A stretch of 64,000 nucleotides of DNA from Chrysomallon squamiferum (GCA_012295275.1 CM022673.1:18538001-18602000); one strand, 5' to 3'. Positions 26,711 through 41,314 are shown, numbered from the stretch's first letter. The notes: generated by a model not told the origin, from the letters alone. Program-made: numbers and translations.

Positions 26711-28071
26711 ATGCATTTTGTTTTTTTATAATATTGTTTATTTTCTGATTTTCGTATTTTTCAACGAATAATACTTAGTCAAGTCAGTCACTAAGATATT
26801 ACCACCAGTAAAGGATTTCATCTTCTCAGTACAGAACGGTTTTCATAAGTGCCTGAAATGAAACGGTGGAGTAAAACATACATCTTCCATGAAGGTTACA
26901 AAAATTACTGAAAGTTATAACTGCTATATGTTTCAATATGGATATTTCCACAAATATTTATATCTAATTTCCTTTTTCTTTCTTCTATTTTTCTTTTTCA
27001 AAATTTACTTTTGGTTTAAAAAATGATTTTAACAATTAAAGAAATAAACAGTTAGTTTTTGTTTTTAAAAAGTTTGTTGTAAATTTCGGTTTTCGGTACG
27101 AAATAATCAAAATAAAAAAAAATCCACACACTTCTGCATGCCAATTATTAGTTTTAAAAAGCAATGACATCGTTTCCTTAATAGTTCAGTACGTTTTTGT
27201 ACCGTTTTAAAGCTTTTATCTTGCAGATGCTAAATAATTTATAGTCAGAAAATGTGACATATTTTGTTAGTAAAGCTGAACACATAAGGGTTAAAATATG
27301 AGCATAATTAATTTTATATTTACGGTGTCTAATCTGTTGTTTCTGATATCGAACCTCAGGTTGGGATTGACTGGTTCAGTCCTACAGTCCGTCAAACGCA
27401 CGTGTTTTCCTTGATGCCATTCATGACCCACAGTTGTTTATGATGCAGACAGACTGTATAGTTAACCGATCAATAAATTATAACAGAGAAGGAAAAGTTT
27501 TAAAAATAAAGAATAAAAAACAGAACATATTCCTTTTTAATTTCTGTAAACCTGGCGTATTCTTATTTTCATTCATCGTGAAATCGCCAGAGATAAATAA
27601 CCCAATAATTTATAGATCCAACTGTGAGTATTATATAGATACATATAAACAACTTATTTGGTGATGAAATAATAACTGTTATTATTTCTATCGAAACATA
27701 TACAAATATTTTTGTGATTTACCTTGAATATGATTCACATCGACAGTGGACGAAAATATGAACATGGGCAGGGTGCTATGCTTTTTACTATCGTGTACAA
27801 TGAATATAAAGCAAACTCATTATTGTGTTGACACTTACTGATTGACTATATGTTTCAAATTCAAGGATATTTCCAAGAATTTCGGAATAGAGTGATTTTA
27901 TTTTATTATTAGCTGTCTTTTCTCTTGTCTTCCTTCAAAATTCGACGGATCAAATTAAAAATAAAAGCAGAATGTTATACGTAATCAATGAAAAAATTAT
28001 ATTTATTAATTATGTTAGTATTCTTGTTATAGACCTATGCTGTAAGATTTTTAATTCGTGTTTGGTTTCTT

Positions 28072-28548
28072 CTAGCAAATACGGCAATTGCAGCACGTGC
28101 TGAATGCTGCATCAAAACTTCGTGTTCCACAACATGCAGGACGTAGTCCACTTTTGGAGACAACGTTTCCCCCGCAGCACATGCTGAATGTTGTATCGTA
28201 GCTTCTGTGGCCGTATACAGCTGTATTTCAAAATTAATATAATGACTTTTACATATTTTAATTACTATTATCTGCTTGTCTCTCTTTTAGTCAGTCTTTT
28301 TCTATGTCAATCTATCTGTTACACATAAATATACATATATCTATCGATCTATGCATTTACAATTACAATCGCTAATATTAAACCAGTCACTTCAAAGTGT
28401 TCAAAATGTATTTATGGTGTGTATTTGTGTAATCGAAGTTATGTAAGAAAATTACCTTTTGAAAAAACCCACGCCGATGTTCCCCGTGGCTGAATGCATG
28501 TGATTATTAATACAGCGACACAAAAAACCAATGAGAAATATTCTGCAT
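28072..28548 (-). pseudogene. Galaxin-like copy D (1 repeat), frameshifted; exons 28456-28548 and 28072-28220
   Basis: The signal exon is 93 nt (1-nt deletion), giving MQNISHWFFVSLY*. The repeat exon is open: AVYGHRSYDTTFSMCCGGNVVSKSGLRPACCGTRSFDAAFSTCCNCRIC*. The TATA box has decayed to CATATGAAG (~29261-29269) and the exon-1 donor to GAAAGT. Confidence 0.8.
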
Positions 28549-29689
28549 TTTTTTTTTTTTTTTTAATTGTCTGGCGGTATTTATGATACTAAATAAACAA
28601 TATACATTACGTATATGTACATATTTATATAAAAATTTATATAACTGCAGTTATAATCGCAAATATTTTAAACTTGTAATAGTCTGGTATTATTACACTG
28701 TAATAATGTTGTTTTTTAATAATAAAATATAACATAAAAAGATTAAACTGGAAATATCCAAGTCCGAAAATTTGAAGAAAGAAACGCCATTTGTGAATTT
28801 ATAATACTTTCCAGAGCCTATAATCTCTTTCTAATGGTTAATCCTACTAATAATAATATTACTACTACTACAACTACTACTGATACTACTACTACTAATA
28901 ATAATAATGTAAAACACATACATGCCAAAAAAAAACAAACTATCACATCTCAGAATTTGTGAATAATGATGTAATAAAACTGATAATATAATCAATTTAT
29001 AAATGTTCTGTTGCCAAACTATGCAAATTAGGCAGTTTTACTTACTACTAACTTGAAGACCCTGGATCGGTTATTACAGAGGTAGAGAATTCGATCGAAT
29101 GCTTTAATGCTGTTAAAATAAAACCAATACAGTATTAACCAGTCGAACTAATTATTTGCATTTTTCGATAGATCTTCAAATAAATCTAATAAAATAATAC
29201 GATTAATATTCTAAACAAAAACTTTCCTAAAATATTTCGCGAAATAGGCTAGCTTATGACCTTCATATGTTGATCTGGGTTAAAACAATTTCAGACTTTA
29301 ATAACACATCTTAGATTAGTAATGGTGATAGCCAACGGAAATCTGTCAGCGCTCCAATAGGCGGAAAGATGTTGCACATCCGTCTAAGGAATGAACAACA
29401 TGAGCTGAAAGCTGACATAAATGTGTAGTGCATCTAAATATATCCAGCTATTTAATTTCATTAATTGATATAGATCTATCGAGTCACAAGTGTAGATATG
29501 TACCTTGTTTGTATCATGCATTAATTTCGAGTATAATCCACATGTATGTGTATTCAAAAATATGTATATATATTGTTTTGGTCGTACACATATTTGAGCA
29601 GTTATAAGTAATTTTATATGTATTTTATACACAAACACTAAATCACAATAACAACAGTAAGACGCTCAGAGGCGCGCGCGAGCGCACAC

Positions 29690-29807
29690 ACACAGTGTAA
29701 ACATAATATTATATTATTTGATATAGATCTGTTACACAGTGTAAATATAATATTATATTATTTGATATAGATCTGTTACACAGTGTAAATATAATATTAT
29801 ATTATTT
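29690..29807. repeat. 44-bp tandem repeat x 2.7
   Basis: ACACAGTGTAAA(C/T)ATAATATTATATTATTTGATATAGATCTGTT units at 29690, 29734 and 29778. Confidence 0.9.
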
Positions 29808-32531
29808 ACGGTTTTCGTGGACCTTTTTAAAAACAGAATCGGTCATTTGAAACCTACTGAAAAAGTAATCGTTCATAGCAGAATGAAAATAATTATGTTA
29901 ATATACGTTTTAAGCTATGTTATATTATTAAACAATTCGCCGTTAGTGACACAGATTACACTGGAAACTTACCCCACTAAAGCAAGTGAGTAAGTATTTT
30001 ACTAAATTCCGCTGCCAAACACTGATCACAGCAAGGCCAAAGTTTCAAGATAATCTCCAATGACCTCAGTGTACATGAAGAAGGTACTGTGAATTATGCA
30101 AGTTCCCGCTTTTCTCGGCGAAAGTAACTTTGACCCCTAAATTTGGACTTTGAGTATCAGATTAGTGAACAGACAATCTTATTTATATGTATTTTGTTGA
30201 ATACACTGTACTTTATTAGAGAAAAAATAAATAAGAAAATGCACTTTTTTTATACTATTTTGTTATATTTTGTGCTTGAATAAGATTAACATTAAAGTTC
30301 AATTAATAATATCAAAACATTGGTATTACAATGCATGTAGTAATTATTCTGATTACATTAACTCCCTCTACTTAAATCTCAAAGGTTTCTGACATAGACA
30401 AAAAATACATATTTACACGTATATGGTGTTCACATGCTAATATACAGTATAATATAACAAAGTTAAAATATATATTATAACTTTCATTGCAACTAACAGA
30501 GTTATAATGCATAAAATTAAAGATTCTTTTTTTCTTCTTTTGAAAATTATTACTGTAATACAGGGGTTAATTTGTAATCTTCGGATTTTTCTGCATAATG
30601 TTCATAAAACTAACTCAGACGTGAAATTATCTAAATGGTTGGATAACAATAACAGATGCAGAACCTATTATATTATGTTTAACAGTAGGTTTGTTACCGC
30701 CTGTAGAAAAATGCAAAAAATGTTTCAGTGATACATTCTTATCTAAAAATAACTATGCAAGTTACAAGATATCCTCATAAATCACTCCAAATAATTCAGA
30801 AAGAAAATTGACCTGAAGATGCTTCAATTTAAAATGATAGAAAACTTATGGAGGTATATCACGATAAAAAGACGAACATTTTCGCCTTTTCAGACAAATT
30901 TATTGATTTTACTAAATGTATTATAAATATAAATAACTATAAATCAGAATTTTATACAGAACAACATAATCAAAACTGCATGTACCTAGGTAAATATGGT
31001 CGAAATTTATAGCTATTTTACCGGTATCTACACTGCATCTGTTTATCAGTTTGATTCCGAAAATCAACATGGCTCTTGGACTAAAAGACATTTGCAAATA
31101 AACATGGCTGACAAAGCCAAGAAAGTCGTACAGGAACTGTAAGCATTAGTGATGGCTTTATGGATGACTTTTCTCATGCTTTGTTATGTCAGTCATATCA
31201 AGTGTTGGACCTGCTGTTAATAAAATGATAACAACATTCGTAAACAAATCGTAACGATCATAATCACTTTTTTTCAACAACATTTTAAACATATCGTTAT
31301 AGCTTCAGGAACATGGCCCCTGTTTCGTGTCACAGAGAAAAAGCTTGGAATTATTATGAGCGTACGAGATAAAGGTCATCATTCTGATCTGTTATCTGGT
31401 GGATGTAATAAGTGAAATAATTTTTGTGCTAAAGATGCCGACTGACAGATGTTACAGCTCTCACTCTTACCTTTGACTGATGTTAGTTTTTTTTCCTCTT
31501 TCAAATAGAAATCACTTAATTATGTTATACATGTTAATGTCAGAACCACAAAAACAAATTGTAAGTCAATAAGAATTTTCAGGGTTTTCTTCAAATTTTG
31601 TGAATAGATTTTGATCCTTTGTATAATGAAATCATGAAATTTAGTTCTTTTCCTCTTGTGTCTTGAGTCGTGGAATTGCCTGTATACACTGGTACATCTA
31701 AGTGGCCTCGGCGGCCGCCTCCGGACAGCAGCCAAGTGGATGCCACATGGCGAGTCTCGTCAGCGGCAACTCACATTTGTTATCATGATCGGATTTCATC
31801 CTCATCTATCTGCATACCTCCTCCAAAAACTAATCAGACGAACATAGGACAACAGAATATTCATTCCTAAATACATACATACCTATATATAAAAACACAT
31901 CAAATACATACATCCATCCACATAGATTATTAATGCGAATAGAATTATAAACAAATTTGCTCGTATTGAATCCAGAAAATATAATTTTTAAACCGCCGTT
32001 TGTTACTTTTGACATTTGAAGCTGTGTCTAAATGTAAGTAATATTTTAACAGAAATGACACATAGGATTGTTTTATCATCTGCCTATATAGCACACAAAA
32101 AAAAAAAAAAAAAAAAAAAATATATATAAAATATTAATTAAGAACAATAGTATCACCATCAGCATCATACACGCATACATACATACATACGTACACACAA
32201 TGGTGATGGATGTTTTTATACGACATTCACGATGCTCTTTTCTCAACACGTACAACTGTTTAACCCAGTTTCCTGAAGGAGATGACTGATTCATATTAGT
32301 TGTTTACTACTTGCATTTTCTGTCATGTGAAAGAATTAATGATATAAAACATGGAGCTTGAACAAGTAATGAGTAAGTAAACTAAACTTTTGCAGCGCTT
32401 TGCAGTTCATAGAAAGGTTTTATCTTCTGCATAAACAAAAAGTAAATATTTAAATAAACTCAGTTAATAGTAATAATTATTAATAAATATGTCTTTCCAC
32501 ATGGAAATATTAAACGATCCAGTGAACGCAT

Positions 32532-32574
<43 letters not shown>

Positions 32575-32814
32575 TATTAGCATAAAAAGTGAAATGTCTC
32601 AGTACTTTTCAACCAGAACTTTGTCTAAACAGGATATAGGTTTGAACTTAGTGTGATCAAACTGCGACATAAATGCAATAGGTAAACAGGCTCAACTTGA
32701 ACTGTTGTTGTTCTGAAATAAATAATCCAGTCATTAAACAGTTCAGCCTCATTTCAGTCAGATATAAATATTTATGTGCAGACGTTGAACTGTGTACTCA
32801 ACTAGAGATTAACT

Positions 32815-33105
32815 CATAGATTTTCAACCTGAGGGTCGCCAACCTTTCTTCTGGGGAACGCGAGATCGTTCTTGAGCAAGGACATATTTTAGTTTTTTTC
32901 AACTTGACTTGGAAGGAGTAATAAATAAAAATGTGTAGATAGGTTTGGCACCCGTCATAGTAAATATAGATTCCTTTTGTAATGTCTTTTGTTGATGAAA
33001 ATATGGTAATCCCAGATGTTATCGATTCAAAACGTTTAAAAGGGGTCAACGGTCATACTGAGTTGCTCATAAGGGGTCGCGCATGAAAAAGACTGAAAAC
33101 CAATG
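32815..33105. mobile_element. Non-autonomous hAT (Charlie/Buster-type) MITE, 291 bp
   Basis: Imperfect TIRs CATAGATTTTCAACCT / CATTGGTTTTCAGTCT and a perfect 8-bp TSD GATTAACT (32807-32814, 33106-33113) with central TA. The paralogous empty site GATTAGCT is at ~62855. Confidence 0.85.
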
Positions 33106-34234
33106 GATTAACTGTTTCAGTATTTGTGTACGTATGTGTATGAGAGTGTATGTATGTGTGTTACTTAGGCATCTTTGTTTATTCTATGTAGTATGAATGT
33201 AAGTACAAATGTATCTATGGGATACATAATTTCATCACAAAATTTGCTGGATTATTATTTTAAAAAAAAAAAAAAAAAAAAGTTAAATTGTTTTTCTTTT
33301 AGAACCTGTTGTCCAGGTTTGTGTTCTATCTCGAGCTATATCTGTCAGGTAGGTCCTTGACTGCAGATTCCCACAAACTGATTATCACACACTATGAAAA
33401 TATAACTTTAATAATCCAATACATGTTATTGTTTTAGTTGCTCTTACAGTCACATTTTATTAATAATAAACTTTAGAAATAAATTAACAAGCTTTACATT
33501 TGGGTTGAAGTAAAACTTTATTGTGACCTCATTTTATATGTCAAAATGAACAAAAGGATATAAATAAAGTTTAGACAGTTATTGTGGAGTTAAGATATCC
33601 TCAGACTGTTGTTAAAATAAACAAAATCTTATCTTCCATGCAGGTTCGTTATTTGTTTTTTCATGTTTTATTGTTATAAAAGACTGGTAATCAATAACAA
33701 ACAACAATCACTGGTAAGTATAATACAAAATTTCAGTGGGTTTTTTTTCAACCCCTGCAATCGATAAGAAAACCACAACACATTTTCTTTCATAATTGTT
33801 GTTTTTTGAGGGGTTTTAATTTTAAATACCAGTATTTGAAATGATATAGTTAATATTTATCTATTATACACCTTACATATTCACTTCCTTGAACATCACC
33901 ACAGTCAATGGATGAATAACCATGCATGAATTTTTATTATTGATAAAATTACTAGCTTATGACTTTTAGTCTGCTTTAAAAAAAGCACAGAAAAATGTCC
34001 ACGTTATAATAATTATCTCTTATTCATAACATTAGTGTTTATGATTATAACATAACTCTAAATTTTATCAGTAATTCTCTATGTTGTTGTTATTTTATTG
34101 TGTCCTTTTTGTCTGTATTTTTTTGTTGTTGAGTTTTCCCTCTCTCTGTTTCATAAATACAGAATAAATATTTTTAAAAGACAAACATTAAATGTGTTAG
34201 ATTAGGCATACTTTTCAGTAAAGTCTGAAGTTAA

Positions 34235-35366
34235 CAGAGTTGTGTGTAAAACACAAGATATTCACCAATTCTGTTCTTGTGAAATATCTCAGACATAAAT
34301 CATGAACTGTCTATAAGTTACTCTCCACAGACCCTTGATTTCAGTTCACTCACAGACTTTACTGATTAGTAAGTAATATAAATTTTATTTAAAGACCAAG
34401 AGGTCTTTGGTTTCACTTTACTGCACATACATAAAAATTAACAGAAAATTAAATATGTTCAATATATAAAATTTACTTATCTCTGAATTATATTTTTTTT
34501 TTTTTAGCTCTAAATGTTCTTTTTCTCAGATTAATTGCTATTGCTGTATGAGGGATAAACTCACTTGTGTGTCATTTCACATCTGTACAATAGATCCTGC
34601 ACCATCCATGTCATGTCCATATCTAAATTAATGCACAACTTAAACTGTACCTGTATGGAGTAAACAAGTATTAAAGTTCTCCATGTTAACATCCTAACTC
34701 ATCAGACTGAGTAGATACTACATTCATCTCTAATCCGAAATAAAACATGTTTATAAAATTATTAAATATATATAAAAACAAGAACCAATCAATACAAGAA
34801 TAATTCATAGAAAGTTAAACTGTTTATCAGCAGAGTATCATTGAACTGCATAAGTGTTTACTACATACAGAACACAAGTACAACTCTGTCAACAGAAATC
34901 TTTCACAGATGGTGAAAATGTGTCTGTTGTAAGTACAAATAAACACACTAACCTCTACAACAGACTGAGCATGTGTAAAATGATTTACCTCAAGTGAATG
35001 GCTGACATGGAGGACTCATGAGAATCATCTCATTTCCCACTTGTTCATTTGTTAACTTCTAAATAAAATGTGAAAACAATTCACTTTAATATTTTATCAA
35101 TAAAATACATAATATGACGAAAACTGTAGCATTCTGTTAGAATATACACACAGTCAGACAGTAACTGCTAGCAAGTTATATCTCTGTCTGAATGTCGGTA
35201 ATATAATAATGTTTAACCTCAATACTACAACTAATCAGTGTTGTGTGAGGGAAGCTTCTGTGATTACGGTTGAAAGTTGTACTGATGCCAACTGATGCTA
35301 AAACTGTATAACTAATACCACTTTCTACAATAACAAAAAAAAAATGATTAAAAAAAAATTAAAAAA

Positions 35367-35424
<58 letters not shown>

Positions 35425-35769
35425 AGTAATTCTCAAATACGATCTCTGAAAAATGTCTAGAAGGCTATTATATATTAGTTAATTCATTTTATTTTATTTA
35501 TATGTCCAAAGTACCTATTAGGCTACGATATAAAGTTCATAACGAAAACAAATCACAATGCATTAGTGTATAGATTTTATAGATATCAGAGACAAAAATA
35601 GATGAATAAAATATTTTAAATTTGACAGTAATACCGCACTATATCTGAAACAAATATTAAATAAACCGTTTAGAGCATAGTGCATCCCATCTATACCACA
35701 GCATGATTCGAGAACGCGATAAACACTGGGCGCTGCCATTACAACATCTTTATTTGTACTGCCTTCCAT
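34235..35769 (-). pseudogene. TRDMT1: TRDMT1/Dnmt2 unprocessed pseudogene, second copy with N- and C-terminal exons
   Basis: Exon 35769-35667 reads MEGSTNKDVVMAAPSVYRVLESCCGIDGMHYALN. Exon 35324-35218 reads SGISYTVLASVGISTT..FPHTTLISCSIE. Exon 35058-34953 reads ..MILMSPPCQPFT* (catalytic motif IV). Exon 34622-34565 reads (R)YGHDMDGAGSIVQM*, and ~34300-34235 reads DLCLRYFTRTELVNILCF (cf. Dnmt2 LRYFTPxEIANLLGF). The middle exons are deleted. Confidence 0.9.
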
Positions 35770-35839
35770 TGAGGTGGAGCATCAACAGATTGTAATTTAA
35801 AAACCAAAAAATGAAAAAATAAAATAAAACTATATATAT

Positions 35840-36167
35840 ATTCTATTCATTCTAAAGTGCTTTCAGAAACACTCAAGAAATGTGCCTCTAATACTTCAGC
35901 ACATCTCAATATGAACACAGTTCTAAAATTCTAACTTAATGTGAACTGCGTCTTTCTGCAGATTTATGATTTAATTTATTAAAGAGAACGTGACTCTTTG
36001 AAGTTACATCTTCTTTTCTGTCGAGAGTTCACTTCACATTATTATCTGTCATTCTGTACTTCATTTATTAACAGTTCCTCTTTTACTGATTTGCATCTCT
36101 TTCGTCCTTTTCAGTCTCTGTTCCTCATTTTCCATTTTTGTGTTTCTTTTATTTTTTCTACCCCCAC

Positions 36168-36244
<77 letters not shown>

Positions 36245-37875
36245 ACGGACACAGTTACACATGTATGAAAAACTGTATAAATATGTCAGTACAAATTTGC
36301 GTCCTGTTTGTCATCAAGATGTAGAAGATATGTTGCATTTGTTTTCATACTGTGATAAATTGTATTACCTTTTCTTTATTTTCAGTGAAATATATAATAA
36401 AAATAATATAGTTTAAAAGTTTTTATTTGTTATTATTATTATTTTCTAAAATTTCTCATGCTTTGGTATAATGGCAATCGAATGAGATGTATATAAATAT
36501 TAAATCAGAAAGACTAATTGATGCTTGTTGTAAGTCTTGACGATTCCACTAATAGATTTTTGAACAATGGTTATTGGAGTCAGCGCATCTCTCAACACTA
36601 ACTTTCGAAAACACCCCAAAAGTGAATATCAATTCCAGATTATAATAAATAAGTAGGCTGGTATAATCCTGATGTTATCCGACCATAGACGACCTTTCTT
36701 TTTATCTTTCTAGCATCTTCATACAGCTATATCTGTCTTTTGGGCGACGTAATAGAAAAATACTTAAATCTGTGTCGTTTAAAAGCGTAAATAAAATCTG
36801 ATTTATATTTTAATAACACACAACAGCTGTCTCCTTAAAAAAATATCCAGGGAAAAGCCTATTTTAAAAATAAACAAATCTTGATTACATTTTCATTGAT
36901 GATAAATATGTGGTTATACAATTAATCACAATATAAAACAAAGGAAAAGCCTGTTAATTAAAAAAAATACTTGAGTACATATTTCACTGAAAATAAATAT
37001 TAGGTCATACAATTAATTATATTATAAAAACAAATGGAACATATCGTTGATGTTGCCAGAATATTTCTGCAACTGGAGTTTGAATTAACTTGGAAATTAA
37101 AACCATATATATTAAATTTACAGTAATTGTTTTTACATCAATGAATTCTGTTCTAGTCTTTAGTAATAGATTTGGCCAGTGTAATACTTTAACTTCTATT
37201 TTAATTGCGGTTATCCATGCTTGAGGAAGAGAATTTAATATTAATTGATAAAGATATCAAAACTGTGAAAAAAAAATAAGTCGTGAAATGTCTCTTGAAC
37301 TATTTCAGCTATTGCTGATATATTAAAGAATCCTGTAATAAATCCATGTGTTATATCAGTGACAGTAGTTATTACATAGTCAATGAAAAATTTCATAAAT
37401 AACATTTTACTTTCAGGCCTGATAAAAGGATTGTGAAATAAGGGTTGTGTTACTATTTGAGTAAAGTTTTCAGGGAAAATCCTTTCTCGACTGGAAACTA
37501 TATCCCATCCGGAAAATAATTCTGAATAAAAAAGACTAATTCTTTGTAAAGCAGATTTATCATATAAAACTGAAAATACTGAATATGATAAATTCATATT
37601 TATGTATTTTTTAAGGAATTGTGTCATTGTAAATCTCCACACTGATTTAAATTCTTTATCAAAATATTTTTTAATAATTTAATTCGGAAAGCAATCTTTT
37701 TTAAGTCGAACATCTTGCATCTTTAAACCTCCTGATTTTTTTCTATGAAGTCAACAAAATGTTCGAAACTGTAGCTTTTCCATTTAATGTCCATTTTATT
37801 TGTTTCCATAAATTAATTAAATTGTTATTCTTTTCTATTTTTCTTTCCACATAAGATTTTCACACGTATATTTGT
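35840..37875 (-). mobile_element. Decayed L1/Tx1 LINE ORF2 (paralogue of 6.1-9.9 kb, without the hAT insertion)
   Basis: ORF 37241-37642 FYSELFSGWDIV..QPLFHNPFI. It abuts the 3' UTR of copy E. Confidence 0.7.
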
Positions 37876-37949
37876 TAAATTATATTTATTATGTTAGTAT
37901 TCTTCTTATTGAACTGGACTGCAAGTTTTCCATTCGTATTTGTTTTCTT

Positions 37950-38232
37950 CTAGCAAATATAGCCGTTGCAGCAGTTGTTGAATTTTGCGTCATAGCCTCG
38001 TGTTCCACAACATGCAGGACGTAGTCCACTTCTGGGGACAATGTTTCCCCCGCAGCACATGTTGAATGTTCCATCATATCCTCGTCTTCCACAACATGCA
38101 GGACGTAGTCCAATTTTGGGGACAACCTTTCCCTCACAGCACATCCTGAATGTTGGACTGTAGCTGCTGTGGCCGCATACAGCTGTATTTCAAAATAATG
38201 ACATTTACATATTTTCTTTACTATTATCTAGT

Positions 38233-38323
<91 letters not shown>

Positions 38324-38579
38324 TTATATATATATAATTAATGTATTAAAATATATATAATATATATTAAAATATATATATTATATATCGATCTATGTGT
38401 ACATGTAATAATATTAAAACAATAACCTGGAAGAGTTCAAAATGTATGTAGCCTGTATATTTCTGTAATCAAATAAGAAAATTACCTTTTGGAAATACCA
38501 ACGCTGATGCTCCCCATAGCTGAATGCACGTTATTATTAATAGAGCTACACAAAAAGCCAAAAGAGAAATATTCCTCAT
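37950..38579 (-). CDS. Galaxin-like secreted Cys-rich peptide, copy E (2 repeats, 108 aa); coding exons 38486-38579 and 37950-38182
   Basis: MRNISLLAFCVALLIITCIQLWGASALVFPK|AVCGHSSYSPTFRMCCEGKVVPKIGLRPACCGRRGYDGTFNMCCGGNIVPRSGLRPACCGTRGYDAKFNNCCNGYIC*. Canonical splice sites and all 12 mature Cys retained. Confidence 0.85.
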
Positions 38580-39145
38580 TTCGTTTTTTTTAATTATTAT
38601 TATTTTTTTTATCTGTAGAGAAAAAAAGAAGATATTATTTATAATATTAATAAAGTAATATACAATACTTTCTTATTTATATAACTGCAGAAGCCCATGA
38701 AATGGCAAATATTTTTAACTTCTAATGGTTTAATGTTATAACACTGTAATATTCTTAATTTTAATGATACAAAGATCAAATCGGAAACATCCAAGTTGGA
38801 AATAATAAAAATTAAACAAAGAAACATCCTTGTTGCCTAATAGAGGGTTCTAAATTAATAATACTTTCCAAAGCCTATAATCTCTCTCTAATGGATAATC
38901 CTACGTACTACTATTACTACTACTAATACTACTACTACTAATACTACTACTAATAATAATAATGTAAAACACATACATGGAAAAAACGATCATGCGACAT
39001 TTGAGACAACGATGTAAGAAAATCGATAATATAATAGATTTATAAATGTTCTGTTGCTAAACTATGCAAATTAGGCAGTATTACTTACTACTAACCTGAA
39101 GATCCTGGATCTGTTATTACAGAGGTGGATAATTCGATCGAAAGC

Positions 39146-39239
39146 TTTATAGCTGTTAAAACAAAATCAAAATTTAAAACTTTGATACGACATCTGAGAA
39201 CTGTGGCCAATGAACATTTGTCATAATTCCAATAGGCGG
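39146..39239 (-). promoter_or_regulatory. Rearranged promoter of copy E (new TATAAA plus conserved CCAAT boxes)
   Basis: TATAAA on minus at 39151-39146, CCAAT at 39207-39211, CCAATAGGCGG at 39229-39239. The ancestral TATA and exon 1 are deleted. Confidence 0.5.
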
Positions 39240-39384
39240 ACAGCTTCTGCACATCAGTCTAAGTGATAAACAATATGAGTTGAAAGGTGACATAAATGTC
39301 TCAGCGCATCTACATGTGGTTAAACATACCCATCTATTTCGTTTGATTAACTGCTACATGTCTATCACAAGTTTAGACACACAC

Positions 39385-39427
<43 letters not shown>

Positions 39428-41252
39428 CCACACATAGTGAATATATTTCTAATATTATATAATATATTTTCGGGGACAGATTAAAGGAGTAATCGTTCTC
39501 AGCAGAATGAAAATAATTATGTTAATATACGTTTTAAGCTATGTTTTGTATTAAACAATATGCTGTTAGTGACACAGAATATACTGGAAACTTAACCCAC
39601 CAAAGCAAGTGCGTACAAATTTTGCCAAAGAGCGCTGCCGAACTCTTATTACAGCAAGGCCAAAGTTTCAAGATTATCTTTCGTGACCTCAATGTATATG
39701 AAAAGGACCCGCTTGTCTTGTCGTTTGTTTTTCTTCAGAACCTCACTTTCCTCTGTGGGCCCGAGTACAATTATTGTATTCCCGCGGAATCGAAAAGTTA
39801 ATCCAGCAAGAGCAGCCTGATAGTTTTCGAAACTGCGTTTATCTTTCGTGTGAGAGAGAGCGCTTGCATAATATTATTTTATTTTTATAATTTGGGGTGT
39901 TTATTTATTTACTTATTTATTTTACTTTTCTATTTATCGGTTATCTTTTCATCTATGAAAGGTAAGTGATTAATAATTACTTTTTTCACTTAAAATAAAG
40001 AAAAATAAACGAAAAAAGAACAATATATAAAAATTGTGTGGAAAAAGCACAATGTAAAAATAATAATTAAAAAAATGTATTTTAGAAAATAAAAATGTAC
40101 TGATAGATGGTATGTTACGGCTGAAATATAATGCTGTTCCATTTGTTCTACGACATCGCATGAGACGTATAATAATCTTTACACTGTCGATGATATTAGC
40201 TAGTGGTGCACGTGAAAACGTATTACTGCTACAGCTGCTGTTCTCAGCACACTGATTACAATGACAAATTATAATAGTAACTTGTTTCAGTCCATTTTTA
40301 ATAGTACAGATAATTTTAAAACAAAACACATCTATACAGATTAAACTTATTTTTACATTTTCTGAGCTTCTTTTAATTTTCTACTACATGTTTCTGATCC
40401 CGAAAAAATTAATGTAACTTGTTATGTTCCTAAGCAATGTCTCAAGTAGTGTTTGTGCGTTAATTAACCGAAGTTCTAACTCAAGCTTGATTTAACTTTG
40501 GCACATCTTCCAGTTTCATATCTACCGACAGAATCAAATATTTAGGAGGTGTTGTTTTTGTTGTTGTTTCTTTTGTTTGTTTTTGTTTATTTTGTTTTTG
40601 ATCATTGTTGTTGTTGTTGTTGTTCTTTTTCTTTATTTTTTTTTTAATTTGGGGTGGGTTCAAAACCAGATGAACAACAAGTTTAATAGAAATATATTGT
40701 ATTTACTAAAGGAACGTATTAACTCATGATTTTCTCAGTATTTAGTTTTACTGCCATGTTTCAGTGACTGCCACTAATTACCTAGACATGATATTTTTTT
40801 ATTATTCAGTGTTGATTTCTTTTGTCCAATCATAATGTTTGTGCATGTGCCATTGTTGTTTATTTTTATTTCTCTCTATTTATTAACAATATTAACACCA
40901 CATAACATTGTTTGTTTTAAATTTTATGTGAACATAGCTTTGTAAAACAATATCAAATTGTGATTATTAATAATTTCCCAACAATAATAATTCATATAGT
41001 ACAATTATATACAAATTAATATCAGTTTTAAAAATATTAAGTATATAATGATAATCGACAGTTTTTGGTTTTCGACCCATAAAACATATAATCCACCTCC
41101 AAGCTTTTATTAATGCCCCGAAAACTGGAATCAACATGTAGGTCCACCTATCCAGTTTGTCAACCTGTGATCAAGTTAAAATGAAATAAAAATGTGTTTC
41201 TTTCTTAAAATGCTTTGATTGGTTGAAGTTCCGAAGTGACTGACACTTGTGG

Positions 41253-41314
<62 letters not shown>

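Noticed and set aside
35563-35769. Functional TRDMT1 gene
   Set aside because: Motif I is degenerate, there is a stop right after PPCQPFT, exons are deleted and an acceptor is mutated. Called a pseudogene.
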